Source: a virus
Taxonomy: Duplodnaviria > Caudoviricetes
DNA: 64,000 bases
Strand: one strand, 5' to 3'
IMG/VR virus record: IMGVR_UViG_3300033068_001704
Coordinates: 128,001 to 192,000 of that record
In this document: one piece after another, positions 19,102 through 29,600 of the stretch
Position numbering within the stretch: position 1 is the stretch's first letter
Layout: each line of letters starts with the position of its first letter
The notes under the pieces: generated by a model
What the model was told of the DNA's origin: nothing
Seen by the model: the letters and a program-made list of their open reading frames with translations, nothing else
The model's database searches: none
Translations under genes and position numbers: made by a program

Positions 19102-22100
19102 ATGGCTGAGAACTGGGGTCCCGGAGTCACTCGAACGCTCTCTGCGCTCTCCCGTCAGTTCATGGGTGTGGTGTGGCATCCCGATGCCCCCCCGCTCGAC
19201 AGCGAACTGAACTTGATGAGCCAGATCGACTGGGAGAACCTGTCGAGTGTGGTCCGCTCTCAGGTCCATTCCGGGTTCTTCCTGGATCCGACCCGGGCGC
19301 GGGAGGACTACGAGGTCAACCCTCTCTGGTCGAACCAGTTCGCGATCGGCGTGCCGGCTGTGGTGGACGGTTCCCCCGAGCAGGAGCCGGTCCTCATCGC
19401 ATCCGTGAACGGGTGGGTCTTTCCCGTTGCTGGGACACGCATCGCTGACTCGGTGCGGAACCGGATCGCTCTGTATCCGCCCCCCTCGACTGACTCCCGC
19501 ACGGATCTCATCTTCCTGGAGGTCTGGCGGACGCTGATCTCTCCGAACCCCTCGACGACCAACAAGCCGACTGCTTCCACGATCTGGAAGTACGGCAACG
19601 TCGAGTTCGGTGGGGTCAACATCACGGACGACATCGAAGATCCGTCCATGGGGTTCCGGACCACCAAGCGTGTCCAGCTCCAGTACCGGATCCGCGTCGT
19701 CGGATCGGGGGACTCGCTGGGTGTCTCGGTCGATCTCTCGAACTACCCGGACGGTCTCGACGACCCGCAGGTCCGTGGGCAGGGCGCCGCTTCGACTCCG
19801 ACCTCCTTCACGTTCGACAACATGCGGGAGACTCTCGGCGACCCGAGTCTCTGGCGTGCAGGTGATGGGGATTCGGAGAACGGTCTCGGGACGATCGACG
19901 GATACGTCTACGCGGTGCCGATCTGCGCGATCTTCCGTCGGAACACGAGTCCCTTCGTCGCGGTGACGAACTCCGGCAACCCGAACCAGAACGGCGCGTC
20001 GGATCGGACTCCTTCCTCCCATGCGCTCCCGGATCCGCGGGATGGTGCCCGAGAACTCACGGAGGCCGTTCTCACGACGGCGATCACCGGGACCCAGTTC
20101 GGTTCGATCAGCATCACCGACCTCGATGATTCCGGGCTCGCCGATCCGGCTCTCTTCCCCGGTGGCGTGACGACCCGGTTCCTGGTCCTCGGGTCCGGCA
20201 TCGATCGCGAGATCATCGCCTACACGGGAACCGGATCGGGAACGATCACCGTCCCCTCTACGGGTCGCGGGCGCGCCGGGACGATGGCGAAGTACCATCC
20301 GGCAGGGACCTCGGTCTCGCTCTACAACTCCCGTCCCGACGAGATCTTCGCGGACGAGATCGTGCGTGATGACATCGCGGACCTCCGACGCGCAGTGAGC
20401 TTCGGTGAGTGGGACTACTCCCGCATGCTTCAGCACGCGGTCGCCTCGCTCGCCCAGGGGTCGCTCAAGACCACCTTCAAGAAGGCTGGCACTGGCGGTG
20501 ACTCGTTCGGCGTGGTCACCACGGAGGTCTCGTACCTCTGGGGTGTGAGCAGCAGCCCGGCCCCGAACCACACCGATCAGATCGATGGTCCGGATGGCAT
20601 TCGGACGGTCTGGTCCGACAGCGCCGCGCTTCAGCCGGACGTCACGGTGATGGTGGACCCGAACGCCCCGACGACCAACGGGTTCGCGGACACCACGTTC
20701 TCTTCATCCGTCGCAGCGAACTGGAGCGTGGGGGCAGACTTCCAGCCCTCAGGGTTCCTGAACAACCCGAGCGGCAACGGCTGGACGAACGGCTCGGTCA
20801 TCCTGATGCACATCGGGGGCACCACGGGTGCTGACGGTGCGCACGCAGGGTTCCCGCAGTCCCCGAACCCGAGGGCGGTCCGCTTCGTATCGCCCTCGGA
20901 GATGTGGCTCTCGGACTCCGGTGAGTCTCTCGGCGAGCAGCGCCCCTGGAAGGTGCGCTTCGAGGGTGGCCCGACCTACGCGCCGACCTTCCCGCTTCCG
21001 ACTCCGGTCTCCCCGCTCGACAACGCATTCCTCGCGGCCCGGATCACCTCCCCTGCTGCGATCGGGGAAGACGAGGAAGAGCACCCGGGACCGATGTTCC
21101 CGCTGCGCGACGCGAACTTCGAGCGCCCGTTCGTCGTGCTGGGTGGGGTCCTGAACCCGTCGCTGGTCTTCTCGGGTGTCCCGAGCACCAGCGCCAACTT
21201 CATCAACCCGACGGGACCGGACACCCGGCATCAGGTTCGGATTCCGGGGGCGAACTGGAACACGTTCGCACTCCCGCTTCTTCGCGGTGAGCGGACGCTG
21301 CGGGACATGCTCACCGACGGCGGCCGAGACCTGTCCGGTGCATCCTCGCTCGTGTACATCGTCGCCTACGGCAACGCGCTGTCGAAGGACAACAACGGGG
21401 CCTTCCGAGTGGTGGGCGCCGGTACGTCGGCAGCGGTGGGTGGGGCCTACACGGATCGTGTCGCAGACACGACCGACGGCATCGTGGTCGAGCCCCTCTC
21501 GGCCGACTTCGCGGCCTTCACCAGCAACGTCGGCCAGTCGGTGTTCGTCGAGTTCCGCTCGCAGTTCATCAACGCGGAGGACGATCAGGGCCGTGTGACC
21601 GGACCGGCCGGTGTGGCACTCGTCTTCACCGACCTCGCGAACATCGAGGGCGGCACGGCGAACCCCTGGAACTCCGCGAACACGGGAGACCTCGCCGTTC
21701 GGGAAGACGCCGGGAAGCTCGTTCCGGTCAACTCCAAGGCGGTCATCACGTCCACCTTGCTGTGGCACCCGAACCGCGGCGCAAGCACCCGTGTCCCCGA
21801 GCAGGTCATGCGCTTCTCCGCGCGTGCTTCCGGGTCCACATTCCTGCGCAACGTCCCCTCGTCGCTCGATGCTGAGTTCTCGACGCTCGCCCCCTACCCG
21901 TCGGGGGAGCGTGAGTTCGATGGGACCCACATCCAGCTCTGGAACCGGCTCGGGTCTCTGGGCCAGTTCGCCCCGTTCGCTCCGGCCTACGGCGGGACGG
22001 TAGTCGGTCGGTCCGAGCAGGATCGAGAGCACGAGCTGTTCTTCGATCCGGGCTCGAAGTCCGTCATCTTCAGGCCCTTCATCCTGAAGAACATGACGTT

Positions 22101-24588
22101 CAAGGCTCTGACGACCGAGGCCTCGCCCTCGCTCCTCGGGCCGCTGACGTATGCGGATGCCGCGACGAAGGATGGCGCGGCCATCTTCACGTCAGGTCTC
22201 AAGATGGGCTATCCGGTTCCTCCGGAGTACATGCCCAGATTCGGGCGCCAGGACATCCCCTACCACGTGCGCACGGGGACGACCGACCCGTTCATGCCGG
22301 GGATCAACCACCTGTTCGCGGATCAGACCGATCCGACCCAGGAGGTCTTCTACATCATCGGCGGGGAGGACAACGGAGGCTCTCCCGCAGCCAACCTCGT
22401 CAACCCGATGCTGTTCGCAACGGGTGCTGGGATCACGTACTGCCACCGTGGGACGGTCGGTGGGGCGCCTCACCCGGCGTACGGAGCGCGGAAGCAGTTC
22501 TACACCGATGTCGTCTCGTCCGACCTGGGTGTTGGCCTGAATGGCATCGAGCTTCCGCCCTACCACGGCGTGGCCCGACTCTATGGGGTGTACGAACTCC
22601 AGGACTTCCTGGCTCACCTCAGCCCGACGTACATCGGGGCCTTCCAGGGTGACCGGCTGACGCCGATCGGAGATCCGCCGAAGAACCTTCTCCGGACGGG
22701 CGCGACCCAGCAGACGTTGTTCGTTCGCCAGAACGGCGGCAACGACGTCACGGAGACCGACGACGCCCACACGTACCTCGTGCCGGAGTCGGCGATCGAC
22801 ATCTCGGGGATCCCGGGGTACCTCGACGGAGACACGTTCACCGACTTCGACTACGTCGTCGAGTGCGTCGTGTTCGGGTTTAGCGAAGGGTTCATCAACA
22901 AGAACAACTTCGTGCTCGCACGTCGCAACACGGGAACGGGAGCGGACATCTCGGACGGTTCCAACCCGGAGCTGACCGACGTCTCGACGGTCCTTCCCTG
23001 CGCCGCCCCCCGAGGGGATGCCCTCTACCAGGCCTACGCCCGCACCGTCTACCAGGGCGACCCCTACATGACGCGGGATGGATCGACGATCCAGATCACG
23101 GACTACGAGTCCCGCTACGGGCAGGTTGCTCAGGGGGATGCGTTCCAGCTCGCGACGTCGATCGAGCAGTTCGATGCCACGACCGGGACGATGACCGTCG
23201 AACGTCCGAACGCTCGGGCGCTCCAGGTCGTCGCGACGATGGACTTCTACACGACGGTGGGGACGGGGAAGATCGGGGGCCGGATGTATGCCGGCACGTC
23301 GATCGACGCCGGGTACATCGATGATGCGACGGCAGGATCTCTCGGAAGGATCCCGTCCAGTTCGTCGGATCTCCCGTGGAGAGTGCTCCCTCGTGCGTTC
23401 ACCGAGGGTCAGAGCCGGAACAGCTCCAGGGCTTCTCTCTCGATCCAGCTCTCGAACGCCAACCTGATCAACGGGACGACCGCAACGGTCTCGGTGGCCG
23501 TTGCGCCTCCGGGTATCACGGCCCCCGCAGCCCTCGTGGGTGGCGTGGACTTCGTCGGGGCGAACACCCTCGACCTCGCGGCCAACCTGGCGGAGGTGAT
23601 CAACAGCAACGCCACGATGGGCCGGTTCGTGACCGCGCTTGCGCTCGCGGACAGAGTCGTGATCGTCGCGAAGGACGTGGGAGTGGCAGGGAACGGGACG
23701 CGCGTCACCGTTCGCTACACGACCGCCCCGACCGCGTTCGTTCCGGTCAACCAGGCGGTTCAGCTCCTCGACGGATACGGTCTCGGCCTGTACCCCTCGT
23801 CGAACAACCATCCGGTCGGCGGGACCGTGACGTCGGCGATGCTGGCTGGGGGATCGGACATCCCGGTCAACGGGGGTTCCGGCGACTCGGCGATCTCCCT
23901 GGGTGGCATGACGGAACGCCTTCCGCTCGGCATTCTCGTCAGCGACTCGGACTTCCTGAGCGAGAACCCGCTCGGGGACAACGCGTCGGCGATGAGGACG
24001 TTCTTCGGCGGTGTCCGTCCGATCTACTCGGATCTCCCGCTGACGAGTGGGGGTGTCGAGTACACCCGGTTCGTCAACGACCCGGGCTCCCTCATCTCGA
24101 TGTCGGACGGGGGCGTCCTTCTCTATGCCCCCTACACGACCACCACCCCCGGCGGGTCGAAGAAGTTCCGCCTGTTCCGTGGCGGTGGAGCTTCGTTCGT
24201 CCTCTCGGGAACGGCTCCTGGTGGTCCGGTGGACTGGGTGAGCGATGCCCTCCCGTCCAGCCTGCGCCCGGTGCTCAAGGGAGCAGCACTCGCGTGCAAG
24301 GCCCTCCTCGTGAGGAACTTCCACGAAGAGGCCTTCTCCGGCGCAGCTCCCCACCGGACTCGGTCGGAGGGTGATGAGCTTCAGCTCGTGATCCTCACGT
24401 ACGCGGTCTACGGCGATGGTGACACCCAGCAGGGTGGTGTGACCCTCTCCGGCCAGATCTCCCCGACTGGGTACGGAGAAGGGTACGCGGCAGCCGATCG
24501 GTATCTCCTTGAAGGCCGCCCGATGGATAGAGGTCGTACTCGCACGACCCCGTCCCCGGATCTTCAGCCCGCCCCCTTCAAAGAGTGA
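19102..24588 (+). CDS. Very large virion structural protein (baseplate/tail associated)
   Basis: About 1828 aa from MAENWGPG; N-terminal PPLDSELNLMSQI and RTDLIFLEVW...RVQLQYRIRVV resemble large-phage baseplate proteins. Confidence 0.7.
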   Translation: MAENWGPGVTRTLSALSRQFMGVVWHPDAPPLDSELNLMSQIDWENLSSVVRSQVHSGFFLDPTRAREDYEVNPLWSNQFAIGVPAVVDGSPEQEPVLIASVNGWVFPVAGTRIADSVRNRIALYPPPSTDSRTDLIFLEVWRTLISPNPSTTNKPTASTIWKYGNVEFGGVNITDDIEDPSMGFRTTKRVQLQYRIRVVGSGDSLGVSVDLSNYPDGLDDPQVRGQGAASTPTSFTFDNMRETLGDPSLWRAGDGDSENGLGTIDGYVYAVPICAIFRRNTSPFVAVTNSGNPNQNGASDRTPSSHALPDPRDGARELTEAVLTTAITGTQFGSISITDLDDSGLADPALFPGGVTTRFLVLGSGIDREIIAYTGTGSGTITVPSTGRGRAGTMAKYHPAGTSVSLYNSRPDEIFADEIVRDDIADLRRAVSFGEWDYSRMLQHAVASLAQGSLKTTFKKAGTGGDSFGVVTTEVSYLWGVSSSPAPNHTDQIDGPDGIRTVWSDSAALQPDVTVMVDPNAPTTNGFADTTFSSSVAANWSVGADFQPSGFLNNPSGNGWTNGSVILMHIGGTTGADGAHAGFPQSPNPRAVRFVSPSEMWLSDSGESLGEQRPWKVRFEGGPTYAPTFPLPTPVSPLDNAFLAARITSPAAIGEDEEEHPGPMFPLRDANFERPFVVLGGVLNPSLVFSGVPSTSANFINPTGPDTRHQVRIPGANWNTFALPLLRGERTLRDMLTDGGRDLSGASSLVYIVAYGNALSKDNNGAFRVVGAGTSAAVGGAYTDRVADTTDGIVVEPLSADFAAFTSNVGQSVFVEFRSQFINAEDDQGRVTGPAGVALVFTDLANIEGGTANPWNSANTGDLAVREDAGKLVPVNSKAVITSTLLWHPNRGASTRVPEQVMRFSARASGSTFLRNVPSSLDAEFSTLAPYPSGEREFDGTHIQLWNRLGSLGQFAPFAPAYGGTVVGRSEQDREHELFFDPGSKSVIFRPFILKNMTFKALTTEASPSLLGPLTYADAATKDGAAIFTSGLKMGYPVPPEYMPRFGRQDIPYHVRTGTTDPFMPGINHLFADQTDPTQEVFYIIGGEDNGGSPAANLVNPMLFATGAGITYCHRGTVGGAPHPAYGARKQFYTDVVSSDLGVGLNGIELPPYHGVARLYGVYELQDFLAHLSPTYIGAFQGDRLTPIGDPPKNLLRTGATQQTLFVRQNGGNDVTETDDAHTYLVPESAIDISGIPGYLDGDTFTDFDYVVECVVFGFSEGFINKNNFVLARRNTGTGADISDGSNPELTDVSTVLPCAAPRGDALYQAYARTVYQGDPYMTRDGSTIQITDYESRYGQVAQGDAFQLATSIEQFDATTGTMTVERPNARALQVVATMDFYTTVGTGKIGGRMYAGTSIDAGYIDDATAGSLGRIPSSSSDLPWRVLPRAFTEGQSRNSSRASLSIQLSNANLINGTTATVSVAVAPPGITAPAALVGGVDFVGANTLDLAANLAEVINSNATMGRFVTALALADRVVIVAKDVGVAGNGTRVTVRYTTAPTAFVPVNQAVQLLDGYGLGLYPSSNNHPVGGTVTSAMLAGGSDIPVNGGSGDSAISLGGMTERLPLGILVSDSDFLSENPLGDNASAMRTFFGGVRPIYSDLPLTSGGVEYTRFVNDPGSLISMSDGGVLLYAPYTTTTPGGSKKFRLFRGGGASFVLSGTAPGGPVDWVSDALPSSLRPVLKGAALACKALLVRNFHEEAFSGAAPHRTRSEGDELQLVILTYAVYGDGDTQQGGVTLSGQISPTGYGEGYAAADRYLLEGRPMDRGRTRTTPSPDLQPAPFKE

Positions 24589-24629
24589 CGGTTTCCTGAC
24601 CCGGTAGTCAGGACAAGGAGTGACCCCCC

Positions 24630-24971
24630 ATGGATCCCATGATGCTTGAAACCCTTCTCACTGCGATCGAGCAGCAGCACTGGCCGATCGTCGCTGCGGT
24701 GCTGATCACCTTCGTGGTCTACGCCGCGAACCGATACGGTCTCAAGGAGAAGGTCGGGGAGAAGTGGGTCCCCTGGGTGGCGGTGGGCCTCGGCCTACTC
24801 TCGGCCATCGGAGCCCAGCTCTCGACCGGCATGGAGTGGCATGAGGCGCTTGGCTCCGGGTTCCTTGCAGGAGCCACGGCAACGGGCATGTGGGAGCTGC
24901 TCCTGAAGAGGGTGCTCCCGGGTGCAGTCAAGACCGAGTCGTCCGTCCCCCCGTCCGACCCGGCTCTCTGA
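24630..24971 (+). CDS. Holin-like small membrane protein
   Basis: 113 aa, three TM-like segments, GFLAGATATGMWE motif, AAGGAG SD. Confidence 0.6.
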   Translation: MDPMMLETLLTAIEQQHWPIVAAVLITFVVYAANRYGLKEKVGEKWVPWVAVGLGLLSAIGAQLSTGMEWHEALGSGFLAGATATGMWELLLKRVLPGAVKTESSVPPSDPAL

Positions 24972-24994
24972 CCGTCAGCTCAGTCTCGTCCCGT

Positions 24995-25029
24995 CTTCGC
25001 CTCCTCACTCTCTGGGTGGGGGGGCGAAG
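24995..25029. terminator. Hairpin between convergent genes, probable terminator
   Basis: CTTCGCCTCCTCAC...GTGGGGGGGCGAAG stem (with G-U pairs on the + strand). Confidence 0.55.
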
Positions 25030-25034
25030 TCGTT

Positions 25035-25334
25035 TCAGTTGTCGTCGGAGGACGACTCTTCCTTGAAGAGTCCGTCCTTCCGCATCCCCTCGGTGACGTA
25101 GAACGCGACCTGGTTGCTCGGGGTTCGGTACTGCTCGACGGAATGCGTCTTGAGTTGTTCGACGATCGACTTGGGAAGGCTGACCGTGATGGCGATCAGC
25201 TCGACCTTGTTCGGGTTCGGCTTTCGGCCCGACTTCTGTCTCTCGGGGGCCTGGGTCACTTCAGCAGCGACGGCACCCTGGACGTTCTTCTTCTTGGGAC
25301 CCGGACGACCTGCCTGAACCTTCGTGTCTTCCAT
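25035..25334 (-). CDS. Ribbon-helix-helix (Arc/CopG-like) DNA-binding protein
   Basis: GRKP motif followed by AITVSLPKSIVEQLK...RTPSNQVAFYV. Confidence 0.6.
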   Translation of the reverse strand: MEDTKVQAGRPGPKKKNVQGAVAAEVTQAPERQKSGRKPNPNKVELIAITVSLPKSIVEQLKTHSVEQYRTPSNQVAFYVTEGMRKDGLFKEESSSDDN

Positions 25335-25477
25335 CTTTGCTATCCTTCTCCAAGCTCCCTCCCCCCTGGAGAGAACCGGTTCCCATTAGCTAGACGCAGA
25401 AGGGTGAAACAAAAGGCCCACCTCACATTTTTTTTGTCTGGGGGCTGTTTGAAGGGCAGCGGTGTAACGTAGAACGC

Positions 25478-25720
25478 ATGCCGACATGGCGTCAGGACTT
25501 CCAGGAAGACCATGGAAGGGTTTGGACCGACTACGTTTCAGGGTGTGGTCGGTGGAGATGCGAGCAGGGTCACTCGACCGACCCGGAAGAAGTCTGGGCA
25601 TTGCTCCGCGTTGAGCCCGGGAAGAAGCACTGGGAGGCTTCCTTCCGGACTTTGCAGGATGCGAAGATGTTCGTGGAGGAGGGAGAGGCATCCGGGCAGG
25701 AGCAGCCCGGAGACGACTAG
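25478..25720 (+). CDS. Hypothetical protein
   Basis: 80 aa ORF ending in the phage-typical F.TL.DAK.FVE. Confidence 0.55.
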   Translation: MPTWRQDFQEDHGRVWTDYVSGCGRWRCEQGHSTDPEEVWALLRVEPGKKHWEASFRTLQDAKMFVEEGEASGQEQPGDD

Positions 25721-26607
25721 AACAGCTCGTGAGCAGGCTTCCCGTTGAGGTCCGGGATGGCGTAGCTCTTCATCTTCTCCCCGATGACGCGAAGCTGAGG
25801 CCCTGAGAGCCGCCGGTTCACGGACACGAACTTCTTCGCTACATCCTCTGCGAACTGCATCGTCCACGCGTCGTTTGCACGACGGGCTGAAACCCAGAGC
25901 TTCCGAAGAGCGTCGAGGCGAAGCTCGCGGACCTCGTCAGGATTCTGGCGCGTGTCGTTGGGGTCTTCTTCGGGGGTCTGGCGTCCGGGGCCCGTACGAG
26001 CCGGCTCCTGACGCTGCTCGATGCGCTGGGGATCGGGGCCTCTGGCAGGCCGACGGTTCTTCGCCTCCGCGATGGCCTCGACCTCTCGGGGCATCAGCAC
26101 GCCCCCGCGCTCGATCTTGCGGTACAGACCGACCATCTCAGCATCGTGATCCCATCCGGGGACTGTCTCGATGCGCTTGATCATGTCCGTCTTGTAGGCG
26201 TCCCGGTCCGCAATGACCGCGATGACATCGTAGAAGTCGGAGGCGCCAAGGTACGCCTTCTTGATGGTCTCGACGCCAGCAGCCCAGGTCTTCTTCCACC
26301 CAACGGTGCGCTTGAAGTGCGACTGGCCCTGGGCCTTCTTGTTCAGCACGCGCCCGGTTACGGTAGAGACGAGGGCGAGCTGCATCGAGGCCTTTCCGAC
26401 CCCCATCGCGTCATCTCTCGATCCGATGGTCGAGGAGAGCTTCACCGCCACCGACGGGGAGAGCTTGAGCAGGTAGACGCCAGCGTACTTCGGGTCACGT
26501 TCCCAGTGGCCTCGGTACCCGATGTCGTTGATCCATTCCTCCAGCTCCTCGCGGGAGATCTGGACGAAGGTGGCGGCGGCAGTTCGACGAGTCATGTTCG
26601 TTTCCAT
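25717..26607 (-). CDS. Hypothetical protein with N-terminal RRTAA tag
   Basis: Start reassigned to METNM (GGGGAG SD), immediately after the UvrD stop. Confidence 0.7.
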   Translation of the reverse strand: METNMTRRTAAATFVQISREELEEWINDIGYRGHWERDPKYAGVYLLKLSPSVAVKLSSTIGSRDDAMGVGKASMQLALVSTVTGRVLNKKAQGQSHFKRTVGWKKTWAAGVETIKKAYLGASDFYDVIAVIADRDAYKTDMIKRIETVPGWDHDAEMVGLYRKIERGGVLMPREVEAIAEAKNRRPARGPDPQRIEQRQEPARTGPGRQTPEEDPNDTRQNPDEVRELRLDALRKLWVSARRANDAWTMQFAEDVAKKFVSVNRRLSGPQLRVIGEKMKSYAIPDLNGKPAHELF

Positions 26608-26608
26608 C

Positions 26609-29600
26609 TCAGATCTCCCCGCTGTCCGCGTAGGTACCCCAGGCGCTCTCCAGATCGTCCGGCTCTTCCGGGGCGAGGGTGGGAAGGACCGGGACCATCT
26701 CTGCGGGAGGCATCTCCTCCGGCAGGTACTCATCGTCCGAGTACGGCATCACGAAGTCGAGAGGGTGAGCAGACTTGAGGTAGTCCTCGAACCCGAGTGC
26801 ACTCGCGCTCGCGCTCTTCTCAGCGTCGGTTTCCGTGGTCCCAGAGAGGGGGACACACGCCTCGTACATGAACTGGCTTGCGGAAATGTCCTTTCCGATG
26901 CCATCCATACGGGGCTCCAGGATCGTGACGCTCTGTTGTCCACGGGTCAGGGCGACATACGCGAGGCGACGCTCCGACTCCATGAGCTTCGGATCACCGG
27001 ACGACCGGCGGTGGGGGAAGCCACCCTGCCACATCGGGACGAAGAGGTTGGCGGTCTCCAGACCCTTCCATCCGTGGACCGTGTCGATCTGGACCGCGTC
27101 GGCCTTGGTGTCCCCGTCGTTCGAGTTCTTCTTGTTCGACTCGACGAGGCTGCTGATGAAGTCCACGAAGGCGATGGCGGTCGGGAAGCGTTCCGCTGCG
27201 CGGCGCAGGGGCTCGATGGGGGCGAGGGCGTAGTTCGCCAGCATCTCCGGGGTGACCTTGCCGTCGTCGTTCTCTTCGGTGGCCTTCATCTGGATCTCTT
27301 CCATCGCCTCGGCATCGTCGAGGAGGGAGGCAGAGAGCGAGTCCACGAAGGTGTCCCCGTCCGGGCCCTTCGAGTTCAGGATGAGGTCGATGACATCCGT
27401 GGCGGAACCGGAAGTCCCAACCTTGACGATCTCCTCCAGGTAGTCCGCGTAGTCCTGAAGCTTGTCCGCCATCTTGCGGTACGAGTAGACCTGGCTCGCC
27501 CCACCTTCCTCGACAAGGAACTTGTAGAAGTCGCGAACCCGCAGCTCCTCCATCTTCCCGCGGATGGTCCGAGCGTTGATGCCGTAGTCAGGTGCCTTCA
27601 GGCCAGCGAGGACACCCTCGTTCCGGGCCTGCACGTCGTCGGTCCGCATGATCGAGAACAGACCGATGATCGGTCCGATCGCGGGGCCCGCCAGGAAGTT
27701 CTTCTTTGACTTGAACGGGATGCCACGCTCGATCATGGCCATCGCGTACCCGTAGACCTCTCGGTTGGTTCGGACAGCGAGCCCGTACCGCGAGTAGAAG
27801 CCCTTCTCGGTGCCGTTCTGCTTCGCTTCCTCGAAGTCGGCGAGGATCGAGTCTGCCATGAACGCGGCGCCATCCTCGGGGGTCTTCACGGAAGCGCGTC
27901 GGATGGTCCCCTCGCCCTTCGCAGGGTCCGTCTTGCAGACCATCGGGATCTGCTTCGAGTTGTAGGCGATGAGCTTGTTGGCAGCCTCGACGATCGCGGA
28001 ACCCGATCGGAAGTTCGTGTCGAGGAGCTTGGTCGCGAACCCTGCGCCGTTCGGGACGAGGTCGCTCTTGTCGATGAACTCGCCCGGGTCAGCGGCGCGG
28101 AACTCGTAGATCGCCTGCTTGTCGTCACCGATGAGGGCGAACGTGTCCGCGCTCATCTTCCCGTCTGCCCTCGGCTTCTGGGTGGCCGGGTCGATGTACC
28201 CAGCGAGCATTCCGAAGAGAAGGTGCTGAGCCTTGTTCAGGTCCTGAGCCTCATCCACGAGGACGCACTTGAACTGCTTCTGGTACTTCGTGAGAAGTTG
28301 CGGGTTCTCGATCAGCTCCCGCGAGGGGATGACGAGCTGGTCGTCGTAGTCGAGGCGTCCCTTGAGCTGGGGGACGTTCCCCTTCAGCCACTCGTACGCC
28401 CCATAGACGGCGGAGAACACGCGCTTCGAGCGAGCCGCGTCGAGCGTCTCCTGGTCGAGCGTGCCCTCCTCGTCCTCGCCGACCCCACTGTCGGTGACGC
28501 TGCCTTCCTTGAAGGCCGCACCGGGAGCGACGAGGCTGTTCTTGCGCAGTCCGACGAACCGAAGGAACTCCCCGACAGGGATGTCCTTCTCTTCGCCCTT
28601 TGCGTCGGTCGTCTTGAAGTCCGCCTCGGTCGCCCCGATGTTGAACCACTGGCTCGCAGGATTGTGCATCCAGTAGTAGAAGGGCGACTTGTCGTGGTCG
28701 AGGTAGCGGAGCTTCCTCTGCGAAGCCGACTCGATCCCCTTCTCGGAGACCGCCCCTGACGTGTCGTCGTCAGCCGCGAAGCGGGGCATGGGCTCTGCCT
28801 CTTCCTCTGAGACGCCCGGCTTCACGAGCACTCCACGGGCAGTGAGGCCGAAGGCGACGGCCGGCTGCGTGATGATGCTCTGGAAGATCTGCTTCTCGTT
28901 CTCCGAGAGCGAGTTCGGATCGCTGCTGGCAGCGAAGACCTCCAGGGCCTTCAGGCCGTTCTCGGCTCTGTCGATTCCGAGGGCTTCACGGACGAACGAG
29001 GTGACAGCCGCCTTGTCGAACGCACGGTTCTTCGCGAACGCCGTGTACCGATCGGGGCTGCGGTAGCGGGGTTCCGCCGGCTTGAACGAGAAGGCCGAGC
29101 TGGATCCGGGGATGCGGATGCGGGCGATCTCGTTGCCGAAGCGCTGGATCCCAGGGCCGAATAGTTCGGCGACGTGCCAGCCAGATCCGGTTGTGATCGT
29201 CTTCACTTCGGGCATCGAGGTGACGATGTCCCGAAGGGTGTCCATCGCGGCCTGGATGATGCTCTTGAAGCGGGCCTCGTCCTGGAAGTAGTAGGCGAGA
29301 GGCGACTTCTCCTCGACGGGGTTGGCGATCGGGGACTTGTCCGCCATCGCCGGGTTCTCGGCGCCCGGCTCGAACGGAGCGCGGTCGGGCTCGTCGATCT
29401 TGTTGGCGCGCGGGGGCGGGTTCGGGAAGAACGTCATCGCATCGTTGGGGATCTCAGGTGCGACCCCGCCCTGGGCGCGCATCTTGACCTGGAGGATTGC
29501 GACCTTGATCAGGTTCGACTGCTCGCTGCCGGTGATCGGCTGGGCGTCCTTGTCGTTCTTGTTCGCCGAGACGCGGTAGCCACGGCCGCTGCGCTTGAGG

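Noticed and set aside
28440-29480. Intein in UvrD (and in the PolA insert)
   Set aside because: No Cys/Ser start paired with His-Asn followed by Cys/Ser/Thr (the only HN seen is followed by Pro), and no LAGLIDADG motifs
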